A DNA stretch of 64,000 nt from Candidatus Micrarchaeota archaeon (lineage in GTDB: Archaea; Micrarchaeota; Micrarchaeia; Micrarchaeales; CABMGC01), in NCBI GenBank assembly GCA_021852055.1, contig JAJZOD010000009.1, forward strand, positions 35,438-99,437, given 5' to 3'. This document shows positions 54,647-64,000 of the stretch, piece by piece. The notes under the pieces are model-generated. The model saw only the letters and a list, made by a program, of their open reading frames with translations, was not told the DNA's origin and searched no databases. Position numbers and translations under genes: made by a program. Position 1 is the stretch's first letter, and every line of letters begins with the position of its first letter.

Positions 54647-55888
54647 ATGGTCGTCATGAAAACTGCATATAAGTATCGTGCATATCCTTCAAAGGAACAG
54701 AAGGCAACACTTAATCGGCAGATGCTCCTTTCAAAGGAACTCTATAATCTGCTTCTTGAAAAGTCAAAGGCATACTACAAAGAGACAGGAAAGACGCTAA
54801 CAGAATACAGAATGAATGTCTGGATTACGCAAACAAAGAAGGAAAAACCAGAATTTACAGAACTGCACTCGCAGGTTCTCCAGAACATTTCAAAGAGAGT
54901 ATCTGATGCTTACAGGCACTTCTTTAGAAGATGCAAGGAAAAGAAACAGGGAAAGACTGTTAAGGTAGGATTCCCACGATACAGAAAATTCGTATCATCG
55001 CTTACATATCCTCAGTTGGGTTTCAAGATAAAAAAGAAGAACGCAGAACTTTCAAAGATAGGCAGTATAAACTTCGTAAATCACAGAGAGATAGAGGGAA
55101 AGGTAAAGACGCTTACAATAAAGAAAACAAAGTCGCAGGAATGGTATATCACGATTGCTGTTGAAAAGGAAGATAAACCATTCATATCAAACAATAAACC
55201 AAAGACAGGTATTGATTTAGGCATAAGCCAATATGTTGCACTTTCAGATAACACAATTCATCAGAACGTAAAGATAACAAAGCACCAGAGAAACCGCTCA
55301 AGGCTTCTGCAACAGAATGTCTCAAGAAAGAGAAAAGGCTCTCGCAATAGAAAGAAGGCGGTAATAAGATTCGCAAGATACTCGGAGCACATCGCAAGAA
55401 TAAGGCAGGATTGCCTTCACAAACTTTCATACAATCTTGTCCACTCATACTCGTTCATCGCATACGAAGATTTGGAAATACCGAACATGGTGAAAAATCG
55501 AAGGTATGCAAAGTCAATAAGTGAATGCTCTTGGGGAAACTTTACTCAAATGCTACAATACAAGGCTGAAAGTGCTGGTTGCGTAGCGGTTACGGTAAAT
55601 CCCCAACATACCACGATGACTTGCAGTAATTGCGGGAACATGCAAAGAATGTCAATATCGCAAAGGACATTCATCTGCGAGAAGTGCGGTATGAGAAAAG
55701 ACAGAGATATAAATGCAAGTGTAAATATACTCGGTAGAGCGTTGAACTCTACGAGTTCAAATTTTGACAGCAAAACTGTCAAAGCTACCGAAGGACATTC
55801 GGGAAGTCAAGCCTGTGGAGACAATGTAAGACCTTCCGCAAGGAAGGCAGTTGCTGAAGAAGCAGGAACTATACGGGTGGCATCATGA
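54647..55888 (+). CDS. tnpB: TnpB (IS605 OrfB-type RNA-guided endonuclease)
   Basis: N-terminal KTAYKYRAYPSKEQ, RuvC-I GIDLG, RuvC-II IAYEDL, zinc ribbon CSNCG...CEKCG, RuvC-III DRDINASVNI. Confidence 0.85.
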   Translation: MVVMKTAYKYRAYPSKEQKATLNRQMLLSKELYNLLLEKSKAYYKETGKTLTEYRMNVWITQTKKEKPEFTELHSQVLQNISKRVSDAYRHFFRRCKEKKQGKTVKVGFPRYRKFVSSLTYPQLGFKIKKKNAELSKIGSINFVNHREIEGKVKTLTIKKTKSQEWYITIAVEKEDKPFISNNKPKTGIDLGISQYVALSDNTIHQNVKITKHQRNRSRLLQQNVSRKRKGSRNRKKAVIRFARYSEHIARIRQDCLHKLSYNLVHSYSFIAYEDLEIPNMVKNRRYAKSISECSWGNFTQMLQYKAESAGCVAVTVNPQHTTMTCSNCGNMQRMSISQRTFICEKCGMRKDRDINASVNILGRALNSTSSNFDSKTVKATEGHSGSQACGDNVRPSARKAVAEEAGTIRVAS

Positions 55889-55945
55889 CGACCAATCATA
55901 GCCACTCTGGAAGCTCCCAACCTTCAGTTGGGAGAGGATGTCACA
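55750..55945 (+). ncRNA. candidate omega/reRNA scaffold of tnpB copy 2 (boundaries guessed)
   Basis: Inferred from TnpB biology. Local helices are visible (TTGACAGCAAAACTGTCAA, GACCTTCCGCAAGGAAGGC) plus the terminal 8-bp hairpin. No model was run. Confidence 0.3.
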
Positions 55946-55972
55946 TTTTTAAAACCAGACAATTATGGTGCA

Positions 55973-58279
55973 ATGATTAATTCAATAGAGCTTGAGAATT
56001 GGAAGACTCACGGCAGAACTACAATGAACTTCTCCAAGGGTACTAATATCCTGATAGGCCATATGGGTGCAGGAAAGAGCTCAGTGCTTGACGCCTTGTC
56101 CTTTGCTCTTTTCGGCACTTTTCCTTCTATAAAAAACAGGCGCATAAAGGTCGAAGACATAATAAGAAGCAAGCCAAAACAGACGAGAACAGCAAGGCTA
56201 AAGCTTGATTTTGATGCTAACGGATCAAAGTACACTGTTGAAAGGACTCTGTCTTTGGACGAACCGGCTAAAGCAGCACTAAAGAAAGACGGCGCATATG
56301 TGCAGTCGCAGCCACAGCGAGTAACCGAAGAGGTTGAAAAGGTGCTTAAAATTGACTATGAACTATTCTCCAGGGCCGTATATTCAGAACAGAACCGTGT
56401 TGATTACTTTTTAGAGATAAGCTCTTCAGACAGGAAACGTCAGATAGACAATCTGCTCGGTCTGGACCGGTTTGCCCTTGCATATGAGAACTCAACTAGT
56501 CTTATCAACAGGGTAAAGAACATGATTGAGGATTCGGAGAAGGCAGCAAAGAATTTTGATATTAAAAGGCTAAATGACCAGATAACTCAACTGTCACTTG
56601 ATTTAGACAGGGCGTCTGCACAAAATATTGCATTAGAGCAAGATACCAGCAGCATTTTGTCATCTAAAACCTCACTTGAAAAAGAACTTCTGGTTCAGAA
56701 GGCACTTCTTGATAAAAAGGTAAAAATTGAGAAGGAAGTGGCAGAGTTTGAGAGCAGGATAGCAGTGCTTGAAAAAGAGTTATCCTCTACAAAAACCGGG
56801 ATAACAGGCACACTGGATGATATAAATAAGCGTATATCCGCATCTGAAGTGGAAATAGCCGGCCTGCAGAAGGAGATTTCCAGGAGTTCATTATCAATGC
56901 AGTCACTTCAGATTAAGCTCGGAAAGTTGCAGAAAGAATTATCTGACATAGAAAAAAACAAAAAGGAAAAAGATGAAGTAACTGAAAGATTCAAAGGAAA
57001 AACAGCCGATTTGCTCAGGCATAAGATAGAGTTCCTCTCAAAAGAAGTTGAGGCTCTGGACGGAGAATATGCACAGCAGATAAGTCTGAAACACGAATCA
57101 GAGAAATCACTGCTTGAATTGAAGAAACATCTCGCCAAGTGCCCTGTCTGTGACACCGAGCTATCCGAAGAGAAGAGGTTATCACTGATTACTGCAAAAA
57201 CAACTGCACTGAAGGAGTCGGAATCAAAGTCTGCAGCAGCACTAAGGCTTCGCACAGAGAAAAAGAGCGCGATAACTGCACTGAACAGCGAATTAAACAG
57301 CATGATTGCTACGCTTGAGCGCATTTCAGGTTACGGTGACCTAGATAAAAAATTTGCCTCATGCGCTTTTGAGATTAAAAAACTCTCAGACGAGCTTGAA
57401 ATCTCAAATACTGCTTTTAAGCAGATAAATTACAAGCTTGCTGAAGAAAACAGTAAACTGTCTTCATTGAGGCTATCCAAGGCTGCTGCTGAGCGAGCCA
57501 ATAAACTTTCACAGGATATACAGAAAAACAAAGTGTTTCTCGATTCAAAGAAGGCAGATCTGTCAGGCATGGTCGTGGATAACGCTCTGGTTGAAGAACT
57601 TCAGGCGCAGTATCTTGCCGTAAACTCCGAGTTTGCTTCGAAAAAAATGGCACTTGAGGAAGGGAAAAAGGCATATGCCGAAAAAGCGCAGCGCCTCTCA
57701 GAAAAAAAGGAAGAGATGAAGCGCATAGAGTCATTAGTCGAAGAACTTAATCTTAAAAAATTATCACTGGACGAACTGTCTAAATTCAGGAATGCACTTT
57801 CAGAAACGCAGTCTGCGCTAAGAAAAAGGCTTGTAAGCTCTGTAAACGATATAATGGAAAGCATATGGCCTAATCTTTATCCATATGGAGATTATGCCGG
57901 TATAATGCTCTCTGCCACAGATGATGACTACGTACTACAACTGAGGTCATTAAAGGACGGAGAATATGTTTGGGAAAATGTCAATTCTACAGCAAGTGGC
58001 GGGGAGCGCAGCATAGCGTGCATAGTTATGCGCATAGCATTCAGTCTTGTTTTAGTGCCAAACCTACGCTGGCTTATTCTTGATGAGCCAACACACAACA
58101 TAGACAGTAACGGCATAGCTAAGTTTGTGCGCCTTTTAAATGAGAACCTGCCTGGCATAATAGAGCAGATATTCATCATAACGCATGACGAGCAGCTTAA
58201 ACAGGTATCAAGCGGGACAATCTATTCGCTTTCCAGAGAAAAAGAGATCAACGGCACATCAATTGTACAGGAACTGTGA
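55973..58279 (+). CDS. rad50: DNA double-strand break repair ATPase Rad50
   Basis: Walker A GHMGAGKSS, long coiled coils with a central CPVC zinc hook, signature SGGERS, Walker B LILDEPTHNID. Start refined to the ATG at 55973 (MINSIELENWKTHG). Confidence 0.85.
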   Translation: MINSIELENWKTHGRTTMNFSKGTNILIGHMGAGKSSVLDALSFALFGTFPSIKNRRIKVEDIIRSKPKQTRTARLKLDFDANGSKYTVERTLSLDEPAKAALKKDGAYVQSQPQRVTEEVEKVLKIDYELFSRAVYSEQNRVDYFLEISSSDRKRQIDNLLGLDRFALAYENSTSLINRVKNMIEDSEKAAKNFDIKRLNDQITQLSLDLDRASAQNIALEQDTSSILSSKTSLEKELLVQKALLDKKVKIEKEVAEFESRIAVLEKELSSTKTGITGTLDDINKRISASEVEIAGLQKEISRSSLSMQSLQIKLGKLQKELSDIEKNKKEKDEVTERFKGKTADLLRHKIEFLSKEVEALDGEYAQQISLKHESEKSLLELKKHLAKCPVCDTELSEEKRLSLITAKTTALKESESKSAAALRLRTEKKSAITALNSELNSMIATLERISGYGDLDKKFASCAFEIKKLSDELEISNTAFKQINYKLAEENSKLSSLRLSKAAAERANKLSQDIQKNKVFLDSKKADLSGMVVDNALVEELQAQYLAVNSEFASKKMALEEGKKAYAEKAQRLSEKKEEMKRIESLVEELNLKKLSLDELSKFRNALSETQSALRKRLVSSVNDIMESIWPNLYPYGDYAGIMLSATDDDYVLQLRSLKDGEYVWENVNSTASGGERSIACIVMRIAFSLVLVPNLRWLILDEPTHNIDSNGIAKFVRLLNENLPGIIEQIFIITHDEQLKQVSSGTIYSLSREKEINGTSIVQEL

Positions 58280-58568
58280 CGTTCATCTAATTGATATCAC
58301 GCTTTCTATCCAAATATATCTGGATTATAAAAACGAAATGCCTGGCTGTAGCTTATTGTATATTCTCCAATCTGATATATAAATATGTGCAAAAAATATA
58401 TATGTTATACATGTTTTTGGTGTTAAAGTATTTAAACAACCTTAATCATATAATAAAATGCCTTTCCTGTGAAAGGCCCAAGAAAAGATTGGGGGTGGGG
58501 ATACTCATTGGCTTCATCACGCTGGTGAGTTATCCATTTTTGGCTCACGAATATCATGGCCTGAATGT

Positions 58569-58841
58569 GTGGATAAGATGATGGGAAAAATACCTGGACT
58601 GAGGATACGCGGCGATATGTGTTCTTTATTTTTTGTAGGACCTGGTAGCTGCCCTGATGTGCAAAGATCAGCAATGAAACTGCTTTGTATAAAAGGTGTA
58701 AAAGAGGTAATGGTGACAAGTGGGAAATACGCATTTATGGTAAAAAGTACCGATGCAGAAAGAGAAAGCGTGCGCCAGAACATTGCAAAGATGCATGGGC
58801 ATGCAGTTTCTATACAATGTCATTACAGCTACACAAAGTAA
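58569..58841 (+). CDS. small protein, possibly a stand-alone Lrp/AsnC-type ligand-binding (RAM-like) domain
   Basis: LFFVGPGSCPDVQRSAMKLLCIKGVKEVMVTSGKYAFMVKSTDAE loosely follows the beta-alpha-beta-beta pattern of such proteins. The start is uncertain. Confidence 0.3.
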   Translation: MDKMMGKIPGLRIRGDMCSLFFVGPGSCPDVQRSAMKLLCIKGVKEVMVTSGKYAFMVKSTDAERESVRQNIAKMHGHAVSIQCHYSYTK

Positions 58842-58853
58842 TGTATTAACGAT

Positions 58854-59492
58854 TCATTTGCTTGGAGGATAGCCGTTAAGCATGCCAGAGTACCTAGCCA
58901 ATTTCCTTGAGTGCAGCCTTATCCTCTTTTTCCCCTGCTCTATACTCTCACAAAGAATGGCTATCTCACCTTTCTTCAGGAATCTAAGAACGCCTTTCCT
59001 GCTTTTATAAAGTTGTGCTGAGAGCTTCCGAAGCGACGCAGCCTCTTCATCCGATAGCTTCATATGCACTTTGGTCCTATGTTTCATCCTTTCTATTACA
59101 GAATTAAGATATCTATTTACTGCATCGGTATCCCTTGCCTTTTTGCTTATGCCTATTAACAGCAATCCGGCTATCTCGTCGCCATACACCTGTTTATACG
59201 CTGCACCGAGCTTCTCTATTGCAGCAGTATAGTTCCTGAGCTCTACGGCGCTCATATACTTAAGATGTTCGAGTATATTCGGCACACAGAATGCTTCGTA
59301 TTCTGCAGTGTCAAGAAGCTTTCCCATCCTTCCTGAATGTACTTCAAGCGTTTCAACTACGCCATTATTTTTCTGATGATCAGGCACGCTCTTTCTCCAG
59401 GCGGCACGCACAACCCCAAGTATATTTGCGCCGTAACCCAAGTCTGCGCGATCCTGTTTTTCGCCTTCACGATTTATTGTTACTGCCACCAT
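58854..59492 (-). CDS. hypothetical protein downstream of gltX
   Basis: 212 aa from the ATG at 59492 (MVAVTINREGE). The longer start would overlap gltX by 38 nt. No motif recognised. Confidence 0.4.
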   Translation of the reverse strand: MVAVTINREGEKQDRADLGYGANILGVVRAAWRKSVPDHQKNNGVVETLEVHSGRMGKLLDTAEYEAFCVPNILEHLKYMSAVELRNYTAAIEKLGAAYKQVYGDEIAGLLLIGISKKARDTDAVNRYLNSVIERMKHRTKVHMKLSDEEAASLRKLSAQLYKSRKGVLRFLKKGEIAILCESIEQGKKRIRLHSRKLARYSGMLNGYPPSK

Positions 59493-59499
59493 AAATCCC

Positions 59500-61227
59500 T
59501 CATAAAGATATAAATGCAAAGCCATCTTTGTTATCAAGCTTGAAGTAGCCTGTCCTTTCTAACTGAACTACTTCGCCAACGTCCAAACTCTCAGCATGGC
59601 TCTCAATGTATCCCTCTTTTACAATCATGCTGCTGCTGTTGAATTCATCTCCTGCCAAAAGGTCCTTTATCTCATATATTTTGCATGCCATATAGTTGCC
59701 TTCATTTACCCACTGTACTTTTGCGGAATCATTGCCGCTGCCGTCTTTTATGTACTCTGCAGTTATCTGATTTCCGTCCAAATATCTCACTACTATGCTG
59801 AAAGCATCCTTCAACCTTATCTGGGCGCCTTTAGTTAACTTACTTGCATCATACATATTTATAAAGAATGTGTTGCTTAACCTATATCTCCTATAACCCA
59901 TTCCGGTCCCAGGGTGCAGCTTTATTTTTATATCGCGCATGTCTTCAGGAATGCCTTGAACTACCACCTTCACCGGCTTTTCAACGAAGAACATATGTTT
60001 TGAAATTGCATCAATAAGTTTTCTGTTCTCTGCAAGCAGCATCTCTATGCTTACTTCACTATCGTTTTTGCTCATGCCGAACCTCATTACAAAAGATTTT
60101 ATCGCTGCAGGGAGTATGCCTCTGCGCCGCAGTCCTGCTATGGTCACCAGCCTTGGATCATCATATCCCCAAAGAAGTCCGCGAGCTATCAAGTCATTTA
60201 TCTTGCGCTTAGAAGTCAAATTGTCTTTTATCTCAAGTCTTGCAATGCTGTGAACTCTAGGCTTCCTAAGCCCAAGGCAATCCAGTATGTAAAAATACAG
60301 CTCATCTACCAGTTCAAACTCTTTGCTACGTATAACGTCAGTGATGCCCTTTATAGAATCTACTATCGGCGTATTAAAAAAGTAAGTCGGCCATACGCTG
60401 TACTTCGTGCCTTGCCTGTAGTGCATTCCTTCCTTTACCCTAAAAAGCGTAGGATCGCGCATTGTTGTGTTATCATCTTTCAGGTCTGCATTAAGCCTAA
60501 GTATCATGCCTTCGGCGCCTCCGTTGGAGTTTAGCATCTCTCTCCATAGCTTGATGTTCTTCTCTATCTTCTGTCTCTTGTGAACGCATCTTGTGCCCTG
60601 CATCCTGCCTTCTTTTATCTTGTCTGCTGTGCAGCTGCATACGTACGCCTTTCCGCCTTCTATGAGCTTCTCAGCATAAGAATACATTATATCTATATTG
60701 TCGCTTGAGAAGTACTCTGTATCATATGCGATGCCAAGCCATTTCATATCCCTCCTTATTGCGTCTACGAACTCCTGTTTTTCTTTCTCAGGATTGGTGT
60801 CATCGAAGTAAAGCGCCATCCTGCCCTTATACTTGTCTGTGAACTCCCTTTCTATCCATGCTGCTTTGGCGTGCCCTATTTGCATGTACCCGTTCGGCTC
60901 CGGAGGAAATCTTGTAACAAAACGTCCTATATCTGCACCTTCAAGCTCGAACTTGTGCTGTGCGCTTCTTTCTGCCCTGTCCGCATCTTCACGCTTAAAT
61001 TCTTCAGCGTAACGCTCAGCATCATTCTCAAGTTGTCTGCGATCAGTGCTATTTATCCTATCAACAATTTCTGCTGCCTCTTCGGAAAGCTGTTTCATAT
61101 TTGCCTTTAAATCTGGAAATTTTGAAAGAATCTTGCTTATTACTGCGGACTGGCGCGCCTTTCCGTACTCTATGGCATTTTTTACCGCTATCTTTTTCAT
61201 CTCTTCTTTTATCTCCGAGTTTAGCAT
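59500..61227 (-). CDS. gltX: glutamyl-tRNA synthetase (archaeal/eukaryal GlxRS type)
   Basis: The HIGH-equivalent PEPNGYMQIGHAKAA, the KMSKS-equivalent LTSKRK, and a C-terminal beta-barrel anticodon-binding region. Confidence 0.9.
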   Translation of the reverse strand: MLNSEIKEEMKKIAVKNAIEYGKARQSAVISKILSKFPDLKANMKQLSEEAAEIVDRINSTDRRQLENDAERYAEEFKREDADRAERSAQHKFELEGADIGRFVTRFPPEPNGYMQIGHAKAAWIEREFTDKYKGRMALYFDDTNPEKEKQEFVDAIRRDMKWLGIAYDTEYFSSDNIDIMYSYAEKLIEGGKAYVCSCTADKIKEGRMQGTRCVHKRQKIEKNIKLWREMLNSNGGAEGMILRLNADLKDDNTTMRDPTLFRVKEGMHYRQGTKYSVWPTYFFNTPIVDSIKGITDVIRSKEFELVDELYFYILDCLGLRKPRVHSIARLEIKDNLTSKRKINDLIARGLLWGYDDPRLVTIAGLRRRGILPAAIKSFVMRFGMSKNDSEVSIEMLLAENRKLIDAISKHMFFVEKPVKVVVQGIPEDMRDIKIKLHPGTGMGYRRYRLSNTFFINMYDASKLTKGAQIRLKDAFSIVVRYLDGNQITAEYIKDGSGNDSAKVQWVNEGNYMACKIYEIKDLLAGDEFNSSSMIVKEGYIESHAESLDVGEVVQLERTGYFKLDNKDGFAFISL

Positions 61228-61836
61228 TTATACACTTGTTATATTTATCTGATAAATTGTGCCATTGGCCTCAAGATTTGCAGCAATACGTATTTTTATG
61301 CTGTTTTCGCTGTAGCTTAAATTAAGCGGTATCTGTGCGCTTCTCATTGACTGTTCAATCTGTATCGGATATCCTTTTGATGTGCTGCCTGCTACTGTGA
61401 AATTAATGACAGGCGGCAGTTCAATTTCTGCATTTCCAGTAAATTTAGCGCATGCCACATAACTGCTGTTCATCTTGCTTATTACGCTCTTATAAAACTC
61501 CTCTGTGTCTGTCCTTCCTGTCTGAACTAGCACATAATCCCCCATGTTTTGCACATTCGCAACGGACCCGTTTGCTTCAAGCGCAGCAGTGATATTGCTT
61601 ATGTAGTTCAGAGTGCCAGAGTAATTTTTACATGTTGCAGTAATCTGGAGGTTGTTGGAGTAATTCAGTATCGTTGCGTTCACGATGCTAAAGCCGTAGA
61701 ATGTCTGCACCTGCAATGTTGTTGTGGTTTTTGCCGTCTGGCTTCCGTTGGAGCCTACAAAAACGGCATATGATGAGAGGAACAGCAAACCTACAAAAAT
61801 CGATACAAATACCTGCATGGCCTTTTTTTTGTCCAA
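61228..61836 (-). CDS. secreted or N-anchored hypothetical protein
   Basis: N-terminal hydrophobic helix MQVFVSIFVGLLFLSSYAVFV and a sequon-rich body. Its stop abuts the gltX start. Confidence 0.45.
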   Translation of the reverse strand: MDKKKAMQVFVSIFVGLLFLSSYAVFVGSNGSQTAKTTTTLQVQTFYGFSIVNATILNYSNNLQITATCKNYSGTLNYISNITAALEANGSVANVQNMGDYVLVQTGRTDTEEFYKSVISKMNSSYVACAKFTGNAEIELPPVINFTVAGSTSKGYPIQIEQSMRSAQIPLNLSYSENSIKIRIAANLEANGTIYQINITSV

Positions 61837-62031
61837 GGAATCACTATAATTGCAAACTCATAATGTAAGGATACGGAAGTTTAAATAACCTAATGGTGAG
61901 TATTCGATTGTTATTTATTTTGATTAGGATAGCTGTTTGGCATGATATGGCGGGGGTCTGCAGAATTTATATAGGAGTAATACCGTAACCGCAAGAATAT
62001 TATATTCTTGTGCATAGAAATAAGTGATTTT

Positions 62032-62748
62032 ATGACCTTTAAAGAAGGAGATTTTGTCAAGATAGACTACAGCATAAGGCGCAATTCTGATGGAACCGTC
62101 GTCAGGACTACTGAAAGGCAGGTCGCAGAAAAGAATGGCATATACGACAAGGAATCAGTATATACGCCGCAGTTAGTAGTATTGGGAAAAGACAGCACAA
62201 TAAAAGGCATTCAAAATGCGCTTATGGATATGAGTGTCGGCCAAAAAAAGACCATAGAACTGCAGCCAGCGGAAGCTTTCGGCGAAAGAGACAAGGAATT
62301 AGTGCGCGTAATGCCTCTTTCAGACTTCAGGAAAAGGGACATGGAACCTGTGCCTGGCATGCAAATAGACCTGGATGGTATAATAGCTACTGTAGTGAGC
62401 GTTAATTCAGGACGGGTAATGGTCGATGCAAACCATCCCCTTGCAGGAGAGAAGATTACATGCGAAATAAGTGTAATAAGCAAGGTAGATGATGGAGCGT
62501 CTAAGGTAAAGGCAGCATTCGAACGTTATGGCATAGAGCCGTCATCAGCCGAAATGATCGGAAACGCAGCAAAAGTTTCATTCGGTGCAAAAATCAAAAA
62601 AGATTCACGCTTTCTTATAGACAAGGCCAATGCTATCGCATTTGCCTTTAACTGTATAGATGTACTCAATACAGTAAAAGTCGAAGAGGAGTACTCCCGC
62701 GCAGAGAACAAGCCACAAAGTCTAGAAGAAAGTGATTCTGAAAAGTAA
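62032..62748 (+). CDS. FKBP-type peptidyl-prolyl isomerase (long archaeal SlyD-like form with IF insert and C-terminal domain)
   Basis: GDFVKIDY, LVVLGKDSTIKGIQNALMDMSVGQKK and VDANHPLAGEKI motifs. Start refined to the ATG at 62032. Confidence 0.8.
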   Translation: MTFKEGDFVKIDYSIRRNSDGTVVRTTERQVAEKNGIYDKESVYTPQLVVLGKDSTIKGIQNALMDMSVGQKKTIELQPAEAFGERDKELVRVMPLSDFRKRDMEPVPGMQIDLDGIIATVVSVNSGRVMVDANHPLAGEKITCEISVISKVDDGASKVKAAFERYGIEPSSAEMIGNAAKVSFGAKIKKDSRFLIDKANAIAFAFNCIDVLNTVKVEEEYSRAENKPQSLEESDSEK

Positions 62749-62775
62749 AAACAGCCAGTTCAGGAAAAGACAAAA

Positions 62776-62964
62776 TTAGTCGTTTATGCTAATTGCATAA
62801 GTGCCGTTTACTTTTATTCCGAGCTTTTTTGCAATTTCAGATACCTCCGCATTTAGTATTATTACATAGCCAGACCATTTGTGTGTTAGGTTTGCCGAGT
62901 CGCAAAGAGGGCACTTGTCGCCTTGGGCTATTATAAGCTTGCAATTCCTACATGCCTTTTCCAT
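62776..62964 (-). CDS. spt4: transcription elongation factor Spt4 (RpoE'')
   Basis: 62 aa with a zinc ribbon CRNC...CPLC followed by WSGYVIIL. Confidence 0.85.
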   Translation of the reverse strand: MEKACRNCKLIIAQGDKCPLCDSANLTHKWSGYVIILNAEVSEIAKKLGIKVNGTYAISIND

Positions 62965-62968
62965 TCAA

Positions 62969-63556
62969 TTACCTCTTCCTGTTTGCCGTGCCTTTTCTTC
63001 CAACACTTTTCTCTCTGGCTTTCGGCTCCTTAAGCCACTCTGGTTTTCCAAGTCCGTCAGGCCGCATAGTCAGCGCTATTTTCGCATCTTTTATGTTGCT
63101 TTTCAGGCTGACTGTTGATATCTTTGCATATACAACATCGCCCTTCTTTATGCTCCTTTTAGTATTCCTGAGCACAAACGTGCCTGTTTTTCTATCGTAG
63201 TTTATGTAATCGTTAGTTATCTGCGACATATGGACAAGGCCATCTATTGGTCCAAGCCTTACAAAGCAGCCGAAGTCAACAAGTTCAGACACCTCTCCGA
63301 CAACTATCTCGCCAACATCAAGATTGAAAGATAAAAGGTCAAATGTCACTGTGTGGTGCGTAGACGGATCTCCTGGCAGTATTGTTCCGTCGCTTATGTC
63401 CTTCACGTTGAAGAGTGCAATTATTATGCCCATCTGCTTGTTCATTGTGCGCTCGTACCTGCTTCTCAGTATCTCCTTTGCAGCCTTGTTTATATCCTCG
63501 CCAAAATGGCTTGGGGGTATGCTTATAGTGTCTTTTACTGTATGTACATAATACAA
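62969..63556 (-). CDS. rpo7: RNA polymerase subunit Rpo7 (E')
   Basis: The N-terminal domain plus the S1 domain GEIVVGEVSELVDFGCFVRLGPIDGLVHMSQI. It is adjacent to spt4, as in most archaea. Confidence 0.9.
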   Translation of the reverse strand: MYYVHTVKDTISIPPSHFGEDINKAAKEILRSRYERTMNKQMGIIIALFNVKDISDGTILPGDPSTHHTVTFDLLSFNLDVGEIVVGEVSELVDFGCFVRLGPIDGLVHMSQITNDYINYDRKTGTFVLRNTKRSIKKGDVVYAKISTVSLKSNIKDAKIALTMRPDGLGKPEWLKEPKAREKSVGRKGTANRKR

Positions 63557-63660
63557 ACTCTCACCTAGGGCTTATAATCCATTAATTGATTAGTAGCCAA
63601 CTAATTTAAACATATCGCCAGAATCCTATGCCGCCCCAAATCCAACAGCTGCAGCATGGA

Positions 63661-64000
63661 TCATCTGAATGTGCCTGCCCTTGTAAAAGAGACGACGTGA
63701 GCCCCTTCATCAGAAAGCTCTTTTTTTAACTTCCTGTCGTTCGTGCACACAATGCAGTGCCGTTTTCTCCATTCCCGTACAATCCATGCATCTACGTATC
63801 CTGCGTCCTTTTCAATATGCAAGCCGGTTTTTTGGCCTATAATCAGTACAGCAAACCCTGCGGGACCTGCAATCTTTCCCCTACCTTTGGCATGCCTGGA
63901 AATCTCGCGCATAATGCCCTTTGATATTATAATAGTCGTTCCGGGAAAGCTGTTCTCTGCAGCTGCGAATATGTCCTTTTTGTTTGATATAGAGAAAAGT
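63661..64000 (-). CDS. PIN-domain protein (Fcf1/Utp24-like), 5' end outside the window
   Basis: The frame is open to the window edge (...LFSISNKKDIFAAAENSFPGTTIIISKGIMREISRH...). The C-terminal HCIVCTNDRKLKKEL resembles the fourth acidic motif region. The position upstream of rpo7 is conserved. Confidence 0.5.
   Translation of the reverse strand, partial: LFSISNKKDIFAAAENSFPGTTIIISKGIMREISRHAKGRGKIAGPAGFAVLIIGQKTGLHIEKDAGYVDAWIVREWRKRHCIVCTNDRKLKKELSDEGAHVVSFTRAGTFR

Larger units (their letters stand above)
54575..55945 (+). mobile_element. tnpB-only IS200/IS605-family element, copy 2 (left end uncertain)
   Basis: tnpB ORF plus a terminal hairpin CTCCCAAC-CTTCA-GTTGGGAG (55914-55934) followed by AGGATGTCAC (55935-55944). 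It abuts the IS110 element on the left and the rad50 start on the right. Confidence 0.55.

Noticed and set aside
58575-58700. C/D-box-like motifs (GATGATGG ... CTGA ... CTGATGT)
   Set aside because: The boxes are imperfect, no terminal stem is present, and the region lies inside a plausible small ORF.

Overview
Archaeal chromosome fragment. Diagnostic genes are aRF1 with NIKS and GGQ motifs, an HMf-type histone, GGGP synthase, Rpo7 and Spt4, CTP-type riboflavin kinase, FtsZ plus SepF, class III (prepilin-type) signal peptides, and a tRNA-Tyr with a 37/38 intron. The lineage cannot be fixed from sequence alone; the gene content would fit a small-genome DPANN- or Thermoplasmata-like archaeon. 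I call about 60 protein genes and 4 tRNAs (Tyr-GTA with intron, Cys-GCA, Val-GAC, Leu-TAG). I see no rRNA and no CRISPR array. The backbone is housekeeping: uL30/uL15, serS, gltX, aRF1, truD, RNase Z, purC, ftsZ/sepF, the sufB-D-C-S cluster, rad50, a RecJ-like DHH protein, and rpo7/spt4. Four accessory parts stand out. (1) An 8-kb stack of three integrase-less islands sits at the 3' end of tRNA-Leu (39.7-47.7 kb). It is delimited by four direct copies of the tRNA 3' segment. It carries two AbiEi/AbiEii pairs, hicBA with a frameshifted hicA, and a wHTH / RelE-like / unknown three-gene operon. (2) There are four transposon footprints: two tnpB-only IS200/IS605-type elements (4.6-6.0 kb and 54.6-55.9 kb), an orphan right-end-like motif at 10.4 kb, and an IS110-family element with a single in-frame TAG (53.3-54.6 kb). 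The IS110 element and the second tnpB element are stacked directly upstream of a rad50 that has no mre11 partner. (3) Several unusual surface-protein genes have prepilin-type N-termini fused to large non-pilin domains. One has NHL-like repeats encoded by near-identical 123-bp tandem units; another has LamG-like modules. (4) A tandem AAA+ (Cdc48-like) ATPase has its N-domain replaced by a polytopic membrane domain. All functional calls rest on motif recognition by eye. No database search was possible.
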